DNA of 64,000 nucleotides from Candidatus Freyarchaeum deiterrae (GCA_037305845.1 CP147778.1:896001-960000); one strand, 5' to 3'; positions 18,154 through 28,756 are shown, counted from the stretch's first letter. The notes: generated by a model from the sequence alone, not told the origin. Made by a program: numbers and translations.

Positions 18154-18882
18154 GTGTTTGTAGTAGATGATAGGACGATAAAGATGAAATCATTTGACTT
18201 TGTGGTTAGAGTTGGCGGGAGTCTTTCTAGAAGCAAATTGATTATGAGGAAACTATTCGAGGAACTCGCGGTAATTTCTAAGAACCATAAATTACTCGTG
18301 GTTCCGGGTGGTGGTCCTTTCGCGGATATGGTTCGTAGGATTTATTATAAGTTCAATATTTCCGAGGATGCTGCTCACTGGATGGCTATTCTAGCTATGG
18401 ACCAGATGGGGTACTTCTTTTCCGATTTTCATCCTAATATTAGGGTCGTTGATGAGATTAAGGAAGCTAATCAAGTAACCCGTGGTTTGATTCCTGTTTT
18501 GACTCCCTCTAGGATAATGATTGATGAAGACCCTCTACCTCATTCTTGGGATGTAACTTCTGATTCTATAGCAGCTTATATCGCACACATCACCGGTACC
18601 AAAAAATTATTTATTCTAACCGATGTTGACGGAGTATTTACTTCCGATCCTAAATCCAGCCCTGATGCAAGGTTGGTGTATGAGATTTCGGCGGAGGAGC
18701 TTGCTAGTAAAAATATTTGTAGCAGTGTTGACAAAAAGTTTCCGAGCTTGGTTTCAGAGTATGGATTAGAGTGCCTGGTTCTTAATGGAAAACACCCTGA
18801 GCGAGTAACTCAAGCTTTAAACAACAAAAAGGTTAAGGGAACCACTATATACTCTTCTGCTACTCGTAAGATAACCAATTAA
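18154..18882 (+). CDS. mfnE: Amino-acid kinase family; 5-(aminomethyl)-3-furanmethanol phosphate kinase-like (methanofuran biosynthesis)
   Basis: VGGSL, PGGGPFADMVR, AHWMAILAMDQ, LPHSWDVTSDSIA, TDVDG; mfnB nearby. Confidence 0.75.
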   Translation: MFVVDDRTIKMKSFDFVVRVGGSLSRSKLIMRKLFEELAVISKNHKLLVVPGGGPFADMVRRIYYKFNISEDAAHWMAILAMDQMGYFFSDFHPNIRVVDEIKEANQVTRGLIPVLTPSRIMIDEDPLPHSWDVTSDSIAAYIAHITGTKKLFILTDVDGVFTSDPKSSPDARLVYEISAEELASKNICSSVDKKFPSLVSEYGLECLVLNGKHPERVTQALNNKKVKGTTIYSSATRKITN

Positions 18883-18937
18883 CCTAGTATAAACTGGGAA
18901 GAAATAACTAGCTTGGTTTGGTCTTCATTTGTAGGTT

Positions 18938-19648
18938 TTAGACCGTGAACTCTTTTATTATGAGTTTGGGTTGGTCTATGACCTTTTTGATGGGGGACGT
19001 CAGCCAGTAAATTGAGGTTCGCCAATCTACCTCAACGTAGCCTCTTAATTCTAGCCAGTTTAAGTGTTGACGGAGAGCCCTCGCATCTATGTTCAAGTCT
19101 TCCCGCAATAATTCGATTCCTTTAACTTCTCCATCGTGGCGCATCATTAATTTTAAAAGGTTTAACTCTTTCTGGACGGTGATCAGTAGTAGGACCCGTA
19201 GTGCGTTTTCAACGTTTTGACCAGTTTTTGCAATCGTTGGGACGATATAAACTTCTGAGGGAATTTCTAAAGCTTCTCTTATTTGCGCCACTTTGCGTGC
19301 ATTGGGGAGATCCTGTTTATTCGCCACGACAGTTATTGAGACTCCTGGTAGGAATTCTTGAATTTCCTTCCATATAGTTTTAGCCTCTTGGTCCGAGTTT
19401 TTATCCTGACTGTCAACCATGAAGAGGACGCCGTCGGCTCCTTTGGATAAAATCTGTCGTAGGATTTTGAAGTGTTTTAATCCAGGAGTTCCAAACAGAT
19501 TAATCCTCAAGTCTTCAATATTTGCTATCCCGTAGTCAAGTGCTACTGTTGTGTTTTTTTTGTCTATACTGATGCTTTTACCTTGGGTTAGATTTCTTAT
19601 TATGGTAGATTTTCCGGAATGATAACTACCAGTGACCAAGATTTTCAA
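18938..19648 (-). CDS. MglA-like small GTPase with C-terminal winged helix
   Basis: GSYHSGKST, TTVALDYG, LFGTPG, NKQD, TIAKTG; C-terminal LREDLNIDARALRQHLNWLELRGYVE. Confidence 0.8.
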   Translation of the reverse strand: MKILVTGSYHSGKSTIIRNLTQGKSISIDKKNTTVALDYGIANIEDLRINLFGTPGLKHFKILRQILSKGADGVLFMVDSQDKNSDQEAKTIWKEIQEFLPGVSITVVANKQDLPNARKVAQIREALEIPSEVYIVPTIAKTGQNVENALRVLLLITVQKELNLLKLMMRHDGEVKGIELLREDLNIDARALRQHLNWLELRGYVEVDWRTSIYWLTSPIKKVIDQPKLIIKEFTV

Positions 19649-19787
19649 CGAACCGCCTCACTTTCTAAGAGTTTAGTTATATAATAAAAGGTTAAAGAAG
19701 TTAAAAAACCTTTGTTTATTGATGATTTTCCCTAAAAAAAAGAGCAATTCATAATAATTCGCTAATCATTTGATGTCATCAATAAGC

Positions 19788-20537
19788 TTATAGAACTTTG
19801 AATTGTGTGACTTCGTGTAATATATTTGATAGTTCTTGAACTCTTCCCCGAACGATTTTTCCCTGTCTGTTTGATTTTTCACACGCCGCGCCTCTTATGC
19901 CCACAACATCTGCGCCAAAATCGCGGATCAGGGGGAGCTCTACCTTTTTTATTGAGCCTGCTAGGGCAACTAGAACATTCTTATCATGGGCTTCTTTGAC
20001 AAAGTTTTCGACAGTATCCCAGGACCATAAATCGAGCAAACCCTCGCCGTCTTTAATCGCCGTGTCAACCATTGCAACATCGGCTCCCGCTTCCGAAGTT
20101 ATTTGAGGAATCAAGGATGGGTCTATAGCGTTTATTTTGTGCGCATCAGCGTATCCGGCTATCACAACCTTGATGTTTGGATTATAATCCTTGACGCTTC
20201 TTACGACTTGTTTTGCAAAGTAGAGGGCGTCTTGATAAATATTTACACCATGTAATCCCACTTTTACATAATTCGCGCCACTCACTGCTGCCCCTAGAGC
20301 GGCTAGGGACGCTGTTCCGGGTTTGTTTGGGAAGTCTCCGATAGCGGCGCTGACTTCCAGCTCTATAGGGGTTATTTCTCTTATTCGTCGAATTATCGAG
20401 GGAAAATTGGCTCCTAGAGAGCCTTCTGAGGGGTTCTTTACATCTATAATGTCAGCTTTGCCGGCTATAGCTTCTAGAGCTTCTTCCTCATCCTTTGGAC
20501 TGATAAGTAATTTCAATTGATTCACAATCCTCCTCAA
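19788..20537 (-). CDS. mfnB: 4-(hydroxymethyl)-2-furancarboxaldehyde-phosphate synthase
   Basis: LLISP, DIIDVKNPSEGSLGAN, YVKVG, MVDTAIKDG, ALAGS, VGIRGAAC. Confidence 0.92.
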   Translation of the reverse strand: MRRIVNQLKLLISPKDEEEALEAIAGKADIIDVKNPSEGSLGANFPSIIRRIREITPIELEVSAAIGDFPNKPGTASLAALGAAVSGANYVKVGLHGVNIYQDALYFAKQVVRSVKDYNPNIKVVIAGYADAHKINAIDPSLIPQITSEAGADVAMVDTAIKDGEGLLDLWSWDTVENFVKEAHDKNVLVALAGSIKKVELPLIRDFGADVVGIRGAACEKSNRQGKIVRGRVQELSNILHEVTQFKVL

Positions 20538-20729
20538 AGTAAGCTTACCATATTTAGAAGTGGGTTCTTAACGCGTCTTGGGTCTGGTTATTAATTGCGT
20601 GTATTTTTTACTAAATGAGACTCAACTTTTAAGCTTTCTTCTTGGAGTTAAAGAGTAGTAAAAGGTAATTTGCGGTATTCACTCTTTATTAGGTTAGGGA
20701 AATAAAAGAAGGAGTATGTTATTTTCCGA

Positions 20730-23144
20730 TTAGGCTTCTTTGAGTTTTCTTGAATAGCCTAAAACTTTACTATATTCTTTTCCGATTTTTTCTGCTATTG
20801 CGGGTGCTATGTATCTTTCTATGTCGCCTTCCATTATGGTGCTGGGTCTGATTTTTGGGGATAGTTTACCTTCTCTCTGTAAATCAGCTAGTAGGTTTTT
20901 TATCTCTTTTAATGCTTCATCGTAGGTTATTTTTTCAACTTCGGCGCGTTTAAAGCTTGTGTGTATTGTATTTATAGATAGGTAGTAGAATTTGGCGAGA
21001 GCTTCCATGTTTCCCAGCTTGACTGGTGTAACCGATCCATGATTCGGACAATAAGATTTCTCCAACTCCTTACTACAGAGGGGGCACACGGTTTTCCCAG
21101 TTTCTGTACGCAGATAGAAGATTATCATTGCTGAGGTTCTGCGGTTATCATCTTCAGTCCAAGCTAACTGGGTTAGCTCTACACCGCTGATTGCTCTCAT
21201 GGCAACGTTTATCTTCTTTTCGATGAGACCTATTGGTTCGACTTTTTCGAATCTTTCCATTCTAGCGAGTTCTTTTTTCTTTTCTTCCTTCTCCTTTGCG
21301 TCACCTATGCGTTTTCTTCTTCCCTCTTGTATCGTGAGGTAGCGCTGTGTGAGGTCAAAAGCAGTAGCGTAACTTATTGGTGGAATCTTTTCTATTTTAA
21401 GGGGTTTCTCAACCACACCTAGAAAGGTGGGACTTGACGAACTTTTCAGTTCTTCCATTGATTCTTTAAGAGAGTTAATGCTGGTACGTGCCCATATGAA
21501 ACCATTTATCTGGTTAGAGTTCAGATGTGGGAATACATCTTCTAATTCTTTTTGGCGAATCATAATTAAATCGAAGAAAAGCTCCTCTTTTGAGGTTTTA
21601 AGGTTGGGTTCAGGTTCGTCTATAACTGTCTTGTAGATGACTCCAAATCGTTCAATATCTTTTCTTAGTCTCTCGTAGATTTCGACTATGCGGCTCACAT
21701 GTGTGAAAGTGTCTGAGATTAGTTTGTAGTAAGCGTCGTCATTAACTCGTCGGACGAATTCCTCTATTTGGCTTATTGCGGTCAATTCTTTTATGCTTCC
21801 GATGTTCAAGCCACTGAGAATCTGGTTAACCTTTTGCTCGGCTTCAAGAAGTTCTTTTAGTTCCTCTGGAGGAGGAGGCGTCATATATTTCTTAAGCTCT
21901 TTTAGTATAAGGTCATCTATGCCAGTTATCCCGCCTGCGGGTTTGGTGTAGGTCCATAAGGAAATCTTTCCCTCTTCTATTTTGTAACCCTGGCCTTTGA
22001 GGCGGGGTATTACGTTTTTGACTAGCGTGTTTCGTATTCTGAGAAGACGGTTTAGTCTCTCAATCGTATAATTGAAGTCCTTGGCACTAATTTTAGTCTC
22101 TTCCAGTTTTTTGGTTAGTTTATCAACGGGGAGCGTGAGTGAGGAACATAAAGTATACCAATCGTCGAATCCTTGTTGTTTCATTCGGTGTTGAATATCT
22201 TCCCGGGTCTCATCCAATAGATACATGAGGAACGATTCGAGCATAACTGGTTCGGCGGCTTTTTTAATTACCTCATTTCTAATAATTTTACTAGCCATCT
22301 CGTATAGGTCGTTTAACGGTGTCTTTTTTGCATCATAATCATCAAATAGTTTTAGAAGTTCTAGTTTCAATTTGCATACATCGATGTAAGCTTTTAAATC
22401 CAATTCTTTTTGTGGTATATTTTTCATCAGGTTTTCAGTTACTACTGAAGAAGTATTTTCCAAGTTCTCGACATCAGTCGTTAGACTTTCGAGGTTAATC
22501 ATCTCTTCTAGTTTACTTTTTAATTCTTTGTAAGTTGATATTTCGGTGCACTCCTCATCATGAGAACCTTTGATATCTTCTTCAAGTTCCATAGGTTTTG
22601 GTTTGAATCCATACGCCAGTTTTATCTTCTCTACCCTGATCGGTGGGGCGAGATAGCTTATGTTTCCCAAAAAGTCAATAAAATGTGTTTTAGGGTACTT
22701 GTTGTATATTTCAATTAATTTTTCTTGAATTAGTTTCTGAAGTTTGCTTTTGGACTCACCCTTAAGCCTTATTTTTGCAGCCTCTGACTGAATTTCTATT
22801 TGCCGTCTTAACAGCTCTCGTTCTTTTTGAAATGAATCAGCCAAAAGGAGGTCTACTTCGTAATAGAGTTGGTCCAACTGTCTTTTAGCTAATCCTGCCT
22901 GTTCTTCAGGCGGGATACTTTCACCTGATGCCAGATCAATCGTGTGTATACCGCGATAGTGGTAAATGTAAGATACCACTGCAGCTTTAACAAAATCGGA
23001 GAAAATGGCTCTCTCTCCCACTATCGAGATCAGGTATTTCTGCTCCGGTTCAGATTTTAAGCGCGTGGCTAAGACTTGCCTCACGACAAGTTCTTGAGCT
23101 ACTTCTCTTAACAACATTCGCTGTGAAGTTAACCAATCAGACAT
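20730..23144 (-). CDS. Large alpha-helical hypothetical protein with charged coiled coil and CxxC...CxxH zinc site
   Basis: 804-aa ORF; CPLC...CPNHG; 4 bp from the upstream gene. Confidence 0.75.
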   Translation of the reverse strand: MSDWLTSQRMLLREVAQELVVRQVLATRLKSEPEQKYLISIVGERAIFSDFVKAAVVSYIYHYRGIHTIDLASGESIPPEEQAGLAKRQLDQLYYEVDLLLADSFQKERELLRRQIEIQSEAAKIRLKGESKSKLQKLIQEKLIEIYNKYPKTHFIDFLGNISYLAPPIRVEKIKLAYGFKPKPMELEEDIKGSHDEECTEISTYKELKSKLEEMINLESLTTDVENLENTSSVVTENLMKNIPQKELDLKAYIDVCKLKLELLKLFDDYDAKKTPLNDLYEMASKIIRNEVIKKAAEPVMLESFLMYLLDETREDIQHRMKQQGFDDWYTLCSSLTLPVDKLTKKLEETKISAKDFNYTIERLNRLLRIRNTLVKNVIPRLKGQGYKIEEGKISLWTYTKPAGGITGIDDLILKELKKYMTPPPPEELKELLEAEQKVNQILSGLNIGSIKELTAISQIEEFVRRVNDDAYYKLISDTFTHVSRIVEIYERLRKDIERFGVIYKTVIDEPEPNLKTSKEELFFDLIMIRQKELEDVFPHLNSNQINGFIWARTSINSLKESMEELKSSSSPTFLGVVEKPLKIEKIPPISYATAFDLTQRYLTIQEGRRKRIGDAKEKEEKKKELARMERFEKVEPIGLIEKKINVAMRAISGVELTQLAWTEDDNRRTSAMIIFYLRTETGKTVCPLCSKELEKSYCPNHGSVTPVKLGNMEALAKFYYLSINTIHTSFKRAEVEKITYDEALKEIKNLLADLQREGKLSPKIRPSTIMEGDIERYIAPAIAEKIGKEYSKVLGYSRKLKEA

Positions 23145-23148
23145 TCCA

Positions 23149-25893
23149 TCACTCTCCCTTTTTTACATGCGTCTTCATCCAATTATTTCCAATCGAAAGC
23201 CTGACTCGGCCGGGAGCCGAGTAATCGTATAGAACGAGATACTCCAAGCTCTGATCATCCTTGTTTCTAAGATATAGTCTTGTAGGTTGGGGTAAAAGTC
23301 CGCTGAAAGCTTTCAGATAAGTGTACTCGATATAATCAGGTAGTCCTTCAATAAAAACAGTCGGCGTTCTAGGTTGAATTTCTAAAGACTTCATTGAATC
23401 CATAAACTTGTTTATTTCGGGCTTAAAGAGCCTAGATGTGTCTTTGCTTAAATTCAACATGTCCGAATAAGTGCTCATAAGAGTATTTACCGCTTGCAAT
23501 AAGGTTTCAAGCCGAGCTATTTGGGCATTATATTCACTAATTTGCGCTTCCAGCGATTTTAAATCGGCTAAGAGTTGGTTATAAGCTGGTTCGAGGCCGT
23601 TTATTTGCTCATTTATTTGCTTTAACTGATTCTGTAGGATTTGCACATCCTTAGCCATTTTTTCAATATCGGCATTTAGTTTTTCAATGGAAGAACGAAG
23701 ATTAGTGGTTTGGATTTGCAAATCTGCGTCGCTTCTTCCTCCCGCAACAGTGGCTTTTATGGCTTTGAGTCTTTGTATCTCTGCTTCTATTTTATCAATT
23801 AATTGTCTTTTAGCTTCTATCTCTTCACGGAGCCGTATTGGTGTTTCCTGCTTTACTTTTATTTCCTCTTCGATCTTCTTTCTAATATTAACTTTAGCGT
23901 CTATATCGCTTTTCACAACTTTAAGTTGCTGTTCAGTGCTGTACATCCGGTTTCTCAATTCTTCTATCTTGTTATTCCACTGTTGAATTTCGTGTTCTAT
24001 ACTTTGGTTCACTTCTCTCAAATGGTTGAGAGGCGCGTACTCTCCGCTTCCCTTTTCTATCTGATCACTAACGAAATTTACGAAGCTCTTTATTAATTTG
24101 AAAGCTGATAATTTTTTTTCCTCTACCTCTTCTTTAAACTTGGCAATCCATATTTGTGCTAATTCTTTCCACTGTGGGTATTCTTCAAACTCGGGTTCAA
24201 TATAACTTGAAAAAGCGTCAGGGAATTCATCTGTTGAGAGTTTATCCTGTTTCTTTTTTATAAATTTGGGAAGCACGTCGTAACTCAATATATAATCTGC
24301 AAGGCCGGGAACCACATCGTTCATTCTGTTGATTATACTCTCTTTAGTATTTTTCAAAAACGCTTGCACTTCGGATCCCACTTTTTCTGTGGTAGTATTA
24401 CTTGCAATTTCTAAGAGTTGTATGGGAGGAATTATGCTCTCTCTATAACCGAATCTCAGAGCAGTATCAAGGATATCACTCTTAACCGTGTTTTTGAGTC
24501 CTTCTTCTGTCCAGTTTGTCGGTCCGATTAGCGCGTATTTGCCCTCTATCTCGTTTCCAAAAAATAACTTGAACTCATCCAAGTATTTTTTTAGAAGCCC
24601 TGTTCGTGTTTCATCCTTCCTCAAGCTCTCAAAAAATCTTTGGAAGATTTGCTCTGCCAACTCCTTTTCACATTTGGTTGCCAGGAAAGCGAATAGAGCG
24701 TGATCAAAAACATCGAGCGCTCTCTTCGCATGTACCATAAAGTATGCCAAATCACCTTTGAATTCCCATGCCCAGATTTCTTTAGTACCTTCCCCGTATT
24801 CGGATATAAGATACTCCTGAAAAGCATTCCCCAAATAAGTCATTAGGGGAGCAGTGTTACTCTCATTCTTACCTATCATTTTTTCAAGGCTTTCTATATG
24901 ACCAGCTATTTTTAATTTTGCACCGCTCTGTATAAATGTGTTTCCTTTCTCTTCAAATCTATCAAGAACTTCGTTACACTCCTTGAGGAACTCTTTCTCT
25001 GAGTCTAGAAGCCGTCTGGGTTGCTGTGCGGATACGTTTTCCAGTCTTTTACTAAAGTCGTTAAACAAGGCCTCGACAACGTTTTTTTCCACAACTTCAA
25101 TGGTGTAGTCGTTAATCAGCGAAAGAATCTCTCTTCCTAATGCTCCTAGATCATCCATTAAAGTTTTGATGGCGGTCTTCGTAAATATCATGGTCTGGAG
25201 ATGTTCAAGTAGAGCTTCATCCGGGGCGGAGAGATCTTGAATGGTCACTTTGTCAACAGTGGCCTTAAACCCTGCGGGTCTTAAAGAGTAATCAATTTCG
25301 AAGTTTCCTGTGACCACTGTGTCAATATCAATTCCAATATGTTTGATAAAATCTCTACCGTATTTTTCACGATACTTCTTCTGGATTACTTCTCCTTGAA
25401 CGCGTTTTGTAAAACGATCAACAAACTTTTCTAAAACGTTAGCTCCCTCTGATTTAAGTTTTAAACCGGATACGGAGCATGCTTCTTCTATGTCATATAG
25501 CTTCTTGTTTAATTCGTCGGCTAGGTCGATTGATCGAATTATATCCACCAAGCCCTTTTCCTGTTCTAAAAGAACCAAGAAGTTTGAATTTTCTTCATGG
25601 AACCCCATGTTTAATAACAACACTTCGGGTAGTGTACCGCCCTTAGTCATCCTCAAGAGTTCAAACTCCGCTGCTCGAAGTTCAACTCCACTCTCTTCTC
25701 CGATTAAATGATTTAGTTTATGTATTAATTCTCCGATGTGTGACGCTAACGTTTTAGCTCTGGCTAATGAAACAGTTTCCGGCCCAGCTAGAGAGCCGAA
25801 AGAGCCAGTGTTATTTGAAGTATATCCGAAAACGGAAACGACAGCCTTTTTTAAGGCTTCAGCGGTGCTAGGTGCAGCTTCTCTACGTGACAT
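23149..25893 (-). CDS. Large coiled-coil hypothetical protein, possible N-terminal longin-like domain
   Basis: 914-aa ORF; heptad region ~aa 620-810; no Walker motifs seen. Confidence 0.75.
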   Translation of the reverse strand: MSRREAAPSTAEALKKAVVSVFGYTSNNTGSFGSLAGPETVSLARAKTLASHIGELIHKLNHLIGEESGVELRAAEFELLRMTKGGTLPEVLLLNMGFHEENSNFLVLLEQEKGLVDIIRSIDLADELNKKLYDIEEACSVSGLKLKSEGANVLEKFVDRFTKRVQGEVIQKKYREKYGRDFIKHIGIDIDTVVTGNFEIDYSLRPAGFKATVDKVTIQDLSAPDEALLEHLQTMIFTKTAIKTLMDDLGALGREILSLINDYTIEVVEKNVVEALFNDFSKRLENVSAQQPRRLLDSEKEFLKECNEVLDRFEEKGNTFIQSGAKLKIAGHIESLEKMIGKNESNTAPLMTYLGNAFQEYLISEYGEGTKEIWAWEFKGDLAYFMVHAKRALDVFDHALFAFLATKCEKELAEQIFQRFFESLRKDETRTGLLKKYLDEFKLFFGNEIEGKYALIGPTNWTEEGLKNTVKSDILDTALRFGYRESIIPPIQLLEIASNTTTEKVGSEVQAFLKNTKESIINRMNDVVPGLADYILSYDVLPKFIKKKQDKLSTDEFPDAFSSYIEPEFEEYPQWKELAQIWIAKFKEEVEEKKLSAFKLIKSFVNFVSDQIEKGSGEYAPLNHLREVNQSIEHEIQQWNNKIEELRNRMYSTEQQLKVVKSDIDAKVNIRKKIEEEIKVKQETPIRLREEIEAKRQLIDKIEAEIQRLKAIKATVAGGRSDADLQIQTTNLRSSIEKLNADIEKMAKDVQILQNQLKQINEQINGLEPAYNQLLADLKSLEAQISEYNAQIARLETLLQAVNTLMSTYSDMLNLSKDTSRLFKPEINKFMDSMKSLEIQPRTPTVFIEGLPDYIEYTYLKAFSGLLPQPTRLYLRNKDDQSLEYLVLYDYSAPGRVRLSIGNNWMKTHVKKGE

Positions 25894-26075
25894 GGTTAAC
25901 CCTCACTTCTCGAAATGATTTTAATTTAAAATATGTCCTTTAGAATTATTTAACGTTTCTCACAGGAATCGATTCGCAAATTTATCTCTTCTAGAAACAT
26001 TTCCGTAGGCGCTCCTTGCTCAAAACGAAAGAATCTTAAATTCAGATTGTATTCATAATTTACAAGGTGTAAGTA

Positions 26076-26549
26076 ATGGCTAACGCAACACTAATAGCAT
26101 TCAGTATCGTATTAGGCGCTCTCGGGGTATTCACAGTTATAGTAGCTTTTGCATTCCAAAGTATTGCGGGATTGGTTATTGCCCTTGCTATTTTTGTTAT
26201 CAGCGTAATAAGTCTAGCTTGGGGCTTTAGAGAAGAACCCTCCAAAAAAGAAAAAGCGTCAAAGCCTGTCAAGGTAGAAGCACCAGTTAAAGTGCAACCA
26301 AAGGCTCCCACACCCCCGCCCACCAAGGTAGAAACACAATTCAAAGCAAAAACGCCTGCCAAGGTAGGAGTGCCAGTTAAAGTGCAACCAAAGGTAACAA
26401 CTATTCCAGTAAAAAGCGGGAAACCCAAATCGGTCAAACCCAACAAGTCTAAAATTCTACCACCGAATACGGTTTATTGTCCATATTGTGGAAAACAAAT
26501 ACCTAAGAACAGTGTTTTCTGTCCAAATTGCGGATCATCAATAGAGTAG
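26076..26549 (+). CDS. Two-TM membrane protein with Pro/Lys repeat linker and C-terminal double zinc ribbon
   Basis: Two hydrophobic helices; KV(E/G)xPVKVQPK repeats; YCPYCG...FCPNCG. Confidence 0.8.
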   Translation: MANATLIAFSIVLGALGVFTVIVAFAFQSIAGLVIALAIFVISVISLAWGFREEPSKKEKASKPVKVEAPVKVQPKAPTPPPTKVETQFKAKTPAKVGVPVKVQPKVTTIPVKSGKPKSVKPNKSKILPPNTVYCPYCGKQIPKNSVFCPNCGSSIE

Positions 26550-26679
26550 ACTATAACCTCAGATCAGTCCCTGTGATTAAAGTATTGAATTTGAAAGGCT
26601 TCCTTTAAGCCTTCTTATTTTTCGAAAGGCTTATTTTTAACTAAATTCTCATGTTCTCCAAAAAAAGTAGTGTGAGTAA

Positions 26680-27486
26680 TTGCTTCTGGAACTTTTGTTA
26701 TTATTTAGCATGAGTTTTATTATCGGCCTCTCAGGCGCCCTCACTCCGGGGCCGTTGCTTGTTGTTACTATAAATAAATCTCTTGAGGGAGGTTTCAGAA
26801 AAGGAGGATTCACAGTTTTCGGCCACCTCATTTTGGAAGCGCCCTTAATTCTTTTATTGTGTTTAGGGCTAGGCACATTTCTGAACCAAAACTGGATTAA
26901 AATAGCCTTAGCCATAATCGGAGGCAGCGGCTTAATTATACTCGGAGGGTACACAATTTTCTCCGTCTGGAAGAAAAAAATCAATTACCCCCTAAATGAA
27001 GTTGAAGAAAACCATGCGAAAGGTGGCGCCGAACTGGTGAATATAACTAACGATTTTGAAGAAAAAAATTGGAAGCAGAGAACGCTAAATAACCCTGTGG
27101 TTTTGGGTCTAACAGCGACGGCGTCAAATCCGTTCTTCTGGATCTGGTGGGTCACTGTTGGCGTAGCCATTTTAACCTATGGACCCACACTGGCTGGTGT
27201 CACCACCTCAAGCCCGCTTTATTGGATTCTTGGAAGCTATGCTGGGTTGTTTTTCCAAAGTGGGTTCGATTTAGGATATTTGATTGTAGGCTCTGTAGCA
27301 TTGGGCTGGATTTTCTTGGCAGCTGGACATTTCTCTAGCGACTTGGCTTGGTATACGGTGGTTTCTTTTGCGGTTGGTAGGGGTAGGGTTTTACTGAACC
27401 AAAGAAAATATGAAATAATAATTGCAATCTGTGGTGTTGCTCTTGTTATTCTTGGTGCATGGTTTCTCTTAAGTTCTGTTTTATGA
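26680..27486 (+). CDS. LysE-family transporter
   Basis: GLSGALTPGP, GH.ILE, SNPFFWIWW. Confidence 0.85.
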   Translation: MLLELLLLFSMSFIIGLSGALTPGPLLVVTINKSLEGGFRKGGFTVFGHLILEAPLILLLCLGLGTFLNQNWIKIALAIIGGSGLIILGGYTIFSVWKKKINYPLNEVEENHAKGGAELVNITNDFEEKNWKQRTLNNPVVLGLTATASNPFFWIWWVTVGVAILTYGPTLAGVTTSSPLYWILGSYAGLFFQSGFDLGYLIVGSVALGWIFLAAGHFSSDLAWYTVVSFAVGRGRVLLNQRKYEIIIAICGVALVILGAWFLLSSVL

Positions 27487-27587
27487 TGACAGCGATATGG
27501 AAAAATACTCTGCTGAGAATAAATGGATTAATGTAAAATAATATTTTGAGGGAATTTTTCGGATAGTTAAATATATTTTCAGAATGA

Positions 27588-28202
27588 TTGTTTTCTAAAA
27601 AGACTTGGTGTGAGTATTGTATGGAATGGGAAGAAGCCGTTATGAATGCTGTTAAAAAGAGTTTATCGGGTGAAGGCGGCCATGATTACGACCATACGCT
27701 CAGAGTTTACAATCTTTGCTTGAAGCTTGGAGAGCTTGAAGGAGCAGATATTGAGGTTCTTAAAGCCGCTTCTCTCCTGCACGATATAGCCCGCCCGCTT
27801 GAAGAGACTTCAGGTGTTTCCCACTCAATAAAGGGTGCAGAAATTGCTGGAAATATTTTGAAGCAGACAGATTTTCCAGAAACAAAAATCGAAAAGGTAT
27901 GCGGAGTAATCAGAAAACATAGATTTAGCGAGGGAGTTGAAGCCCGGGAAATAGAGGCCCAGATACTGCAAGATGCGGATCGATTGGATGCGAGTGGGGC
28001 TATTGGAATCGCAAGAGCCTTCATGTTTGGAGGCGGAAATGGAAGAAGTTTAAAGGAATCGGTCAAGCATTTTCATGATAAGCTACTTCAGTTGAAGGAT
28101 GAAATGCATACGACAAGTGCTTATAATATCTCTGTTCAGCGTCACGAGTTTATGGAGAAATTTTTGGATAGGCTTCAAAAAGAAATAGAGGGGGAAGCAT
28201 AA
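27588..28202 (+). CDS. HD-domain phosphohydrolase
   Basis: HDYDHTLRV, LLHDI, H, QDADRLDA.GAIGIAR, HFHDKLL. Confidence 0.9.
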   Translation: MFSKKTWCEYCMEWEEAVMNAVKKSLSGEGGHDYDHTLRVYNLCLKLGELEGADIEVLKAASLLHDIARPLEETSGVSHSIKGAEIAGNILKQTDFPETKIEKVCGVIRKHRFSEGVEAREIEAQILQDADRLDASGAIGIARAFMFGGGNGRSLKESVKHFHDKLLQLKDEMHTTSAYNISVQRHEFMEKFLDRLQKEIEGEA

Positions 28203-28318
28203 AATCTAGTCATTTCTTTGAGTCTGATTGGGTATGATATTTTTAAATTAGTAAATAATTTTGAAAAGAATTAAGGTGGGCTTAAAATTCAATAATATAT
28301 TTCTTTATTTCCATCGAG

Positions 28319-28756
28319 GTGATTTCAATGTCTAGAAAGTATCCTAATAGGCCTTTGTTAGGAGTGGGTAGTGTTATTGTTTCTGATGGAAAAGTGGTGC
28401 TTGTTAAGCGGGGGAGCCATCCGGATTATGGATTGTGGTCTATTCCTGGAGGGCTGGTTAATAAGGGGGAGACTCTGAGAGAAGCCTGTGCCAGAGAGTC
28501 ACTTGAAGAAACCGGTATTGTGGTGGAAGTTAAAGAACTTCTGGAAGTTCTGACCAGAATAGTTTATGATGATGAAGGTCGTATTCAGTACCAGTTTGTT
28601 ATTGTAGATTTTAGTGCTGAACCAATATACGGTGAGCTTAAGGCGAGTACGGATGCGTTAGAAGCGAGATACGTTAGGTTTGAAGACTTGAAGGAATATG
28701 AGATTACGGAGGCTGTAAAAGATTTGTTAAGAAAAGCAGGTATAATGAAGGATTAA
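28319..28756 (+). CDS. NUDIX hydrolase (ADP-ribose pyrophosphatase-like)
   Basis: Nudix box PGGLVNKGETLREACARESLEETG. Confidence 0.9.
   Translation: MISMSRKYPNRPLLGVGSVIVSDGKVVLVKRGSHPDYGLWSIPGGLVNKGETLREACARESLEETGIVVEVKELLEVLTRIVYDDEGRIQYQFVIVDFSAEPIYGELKASTDALEARYVRFEDLKEYEITEAVKDLLRKAGIMKD

Noticed and set aside
23149-25893. SMC/Rad50 assignment
   Set aside because: No Walker A/B, signature motif or CxxC hook.
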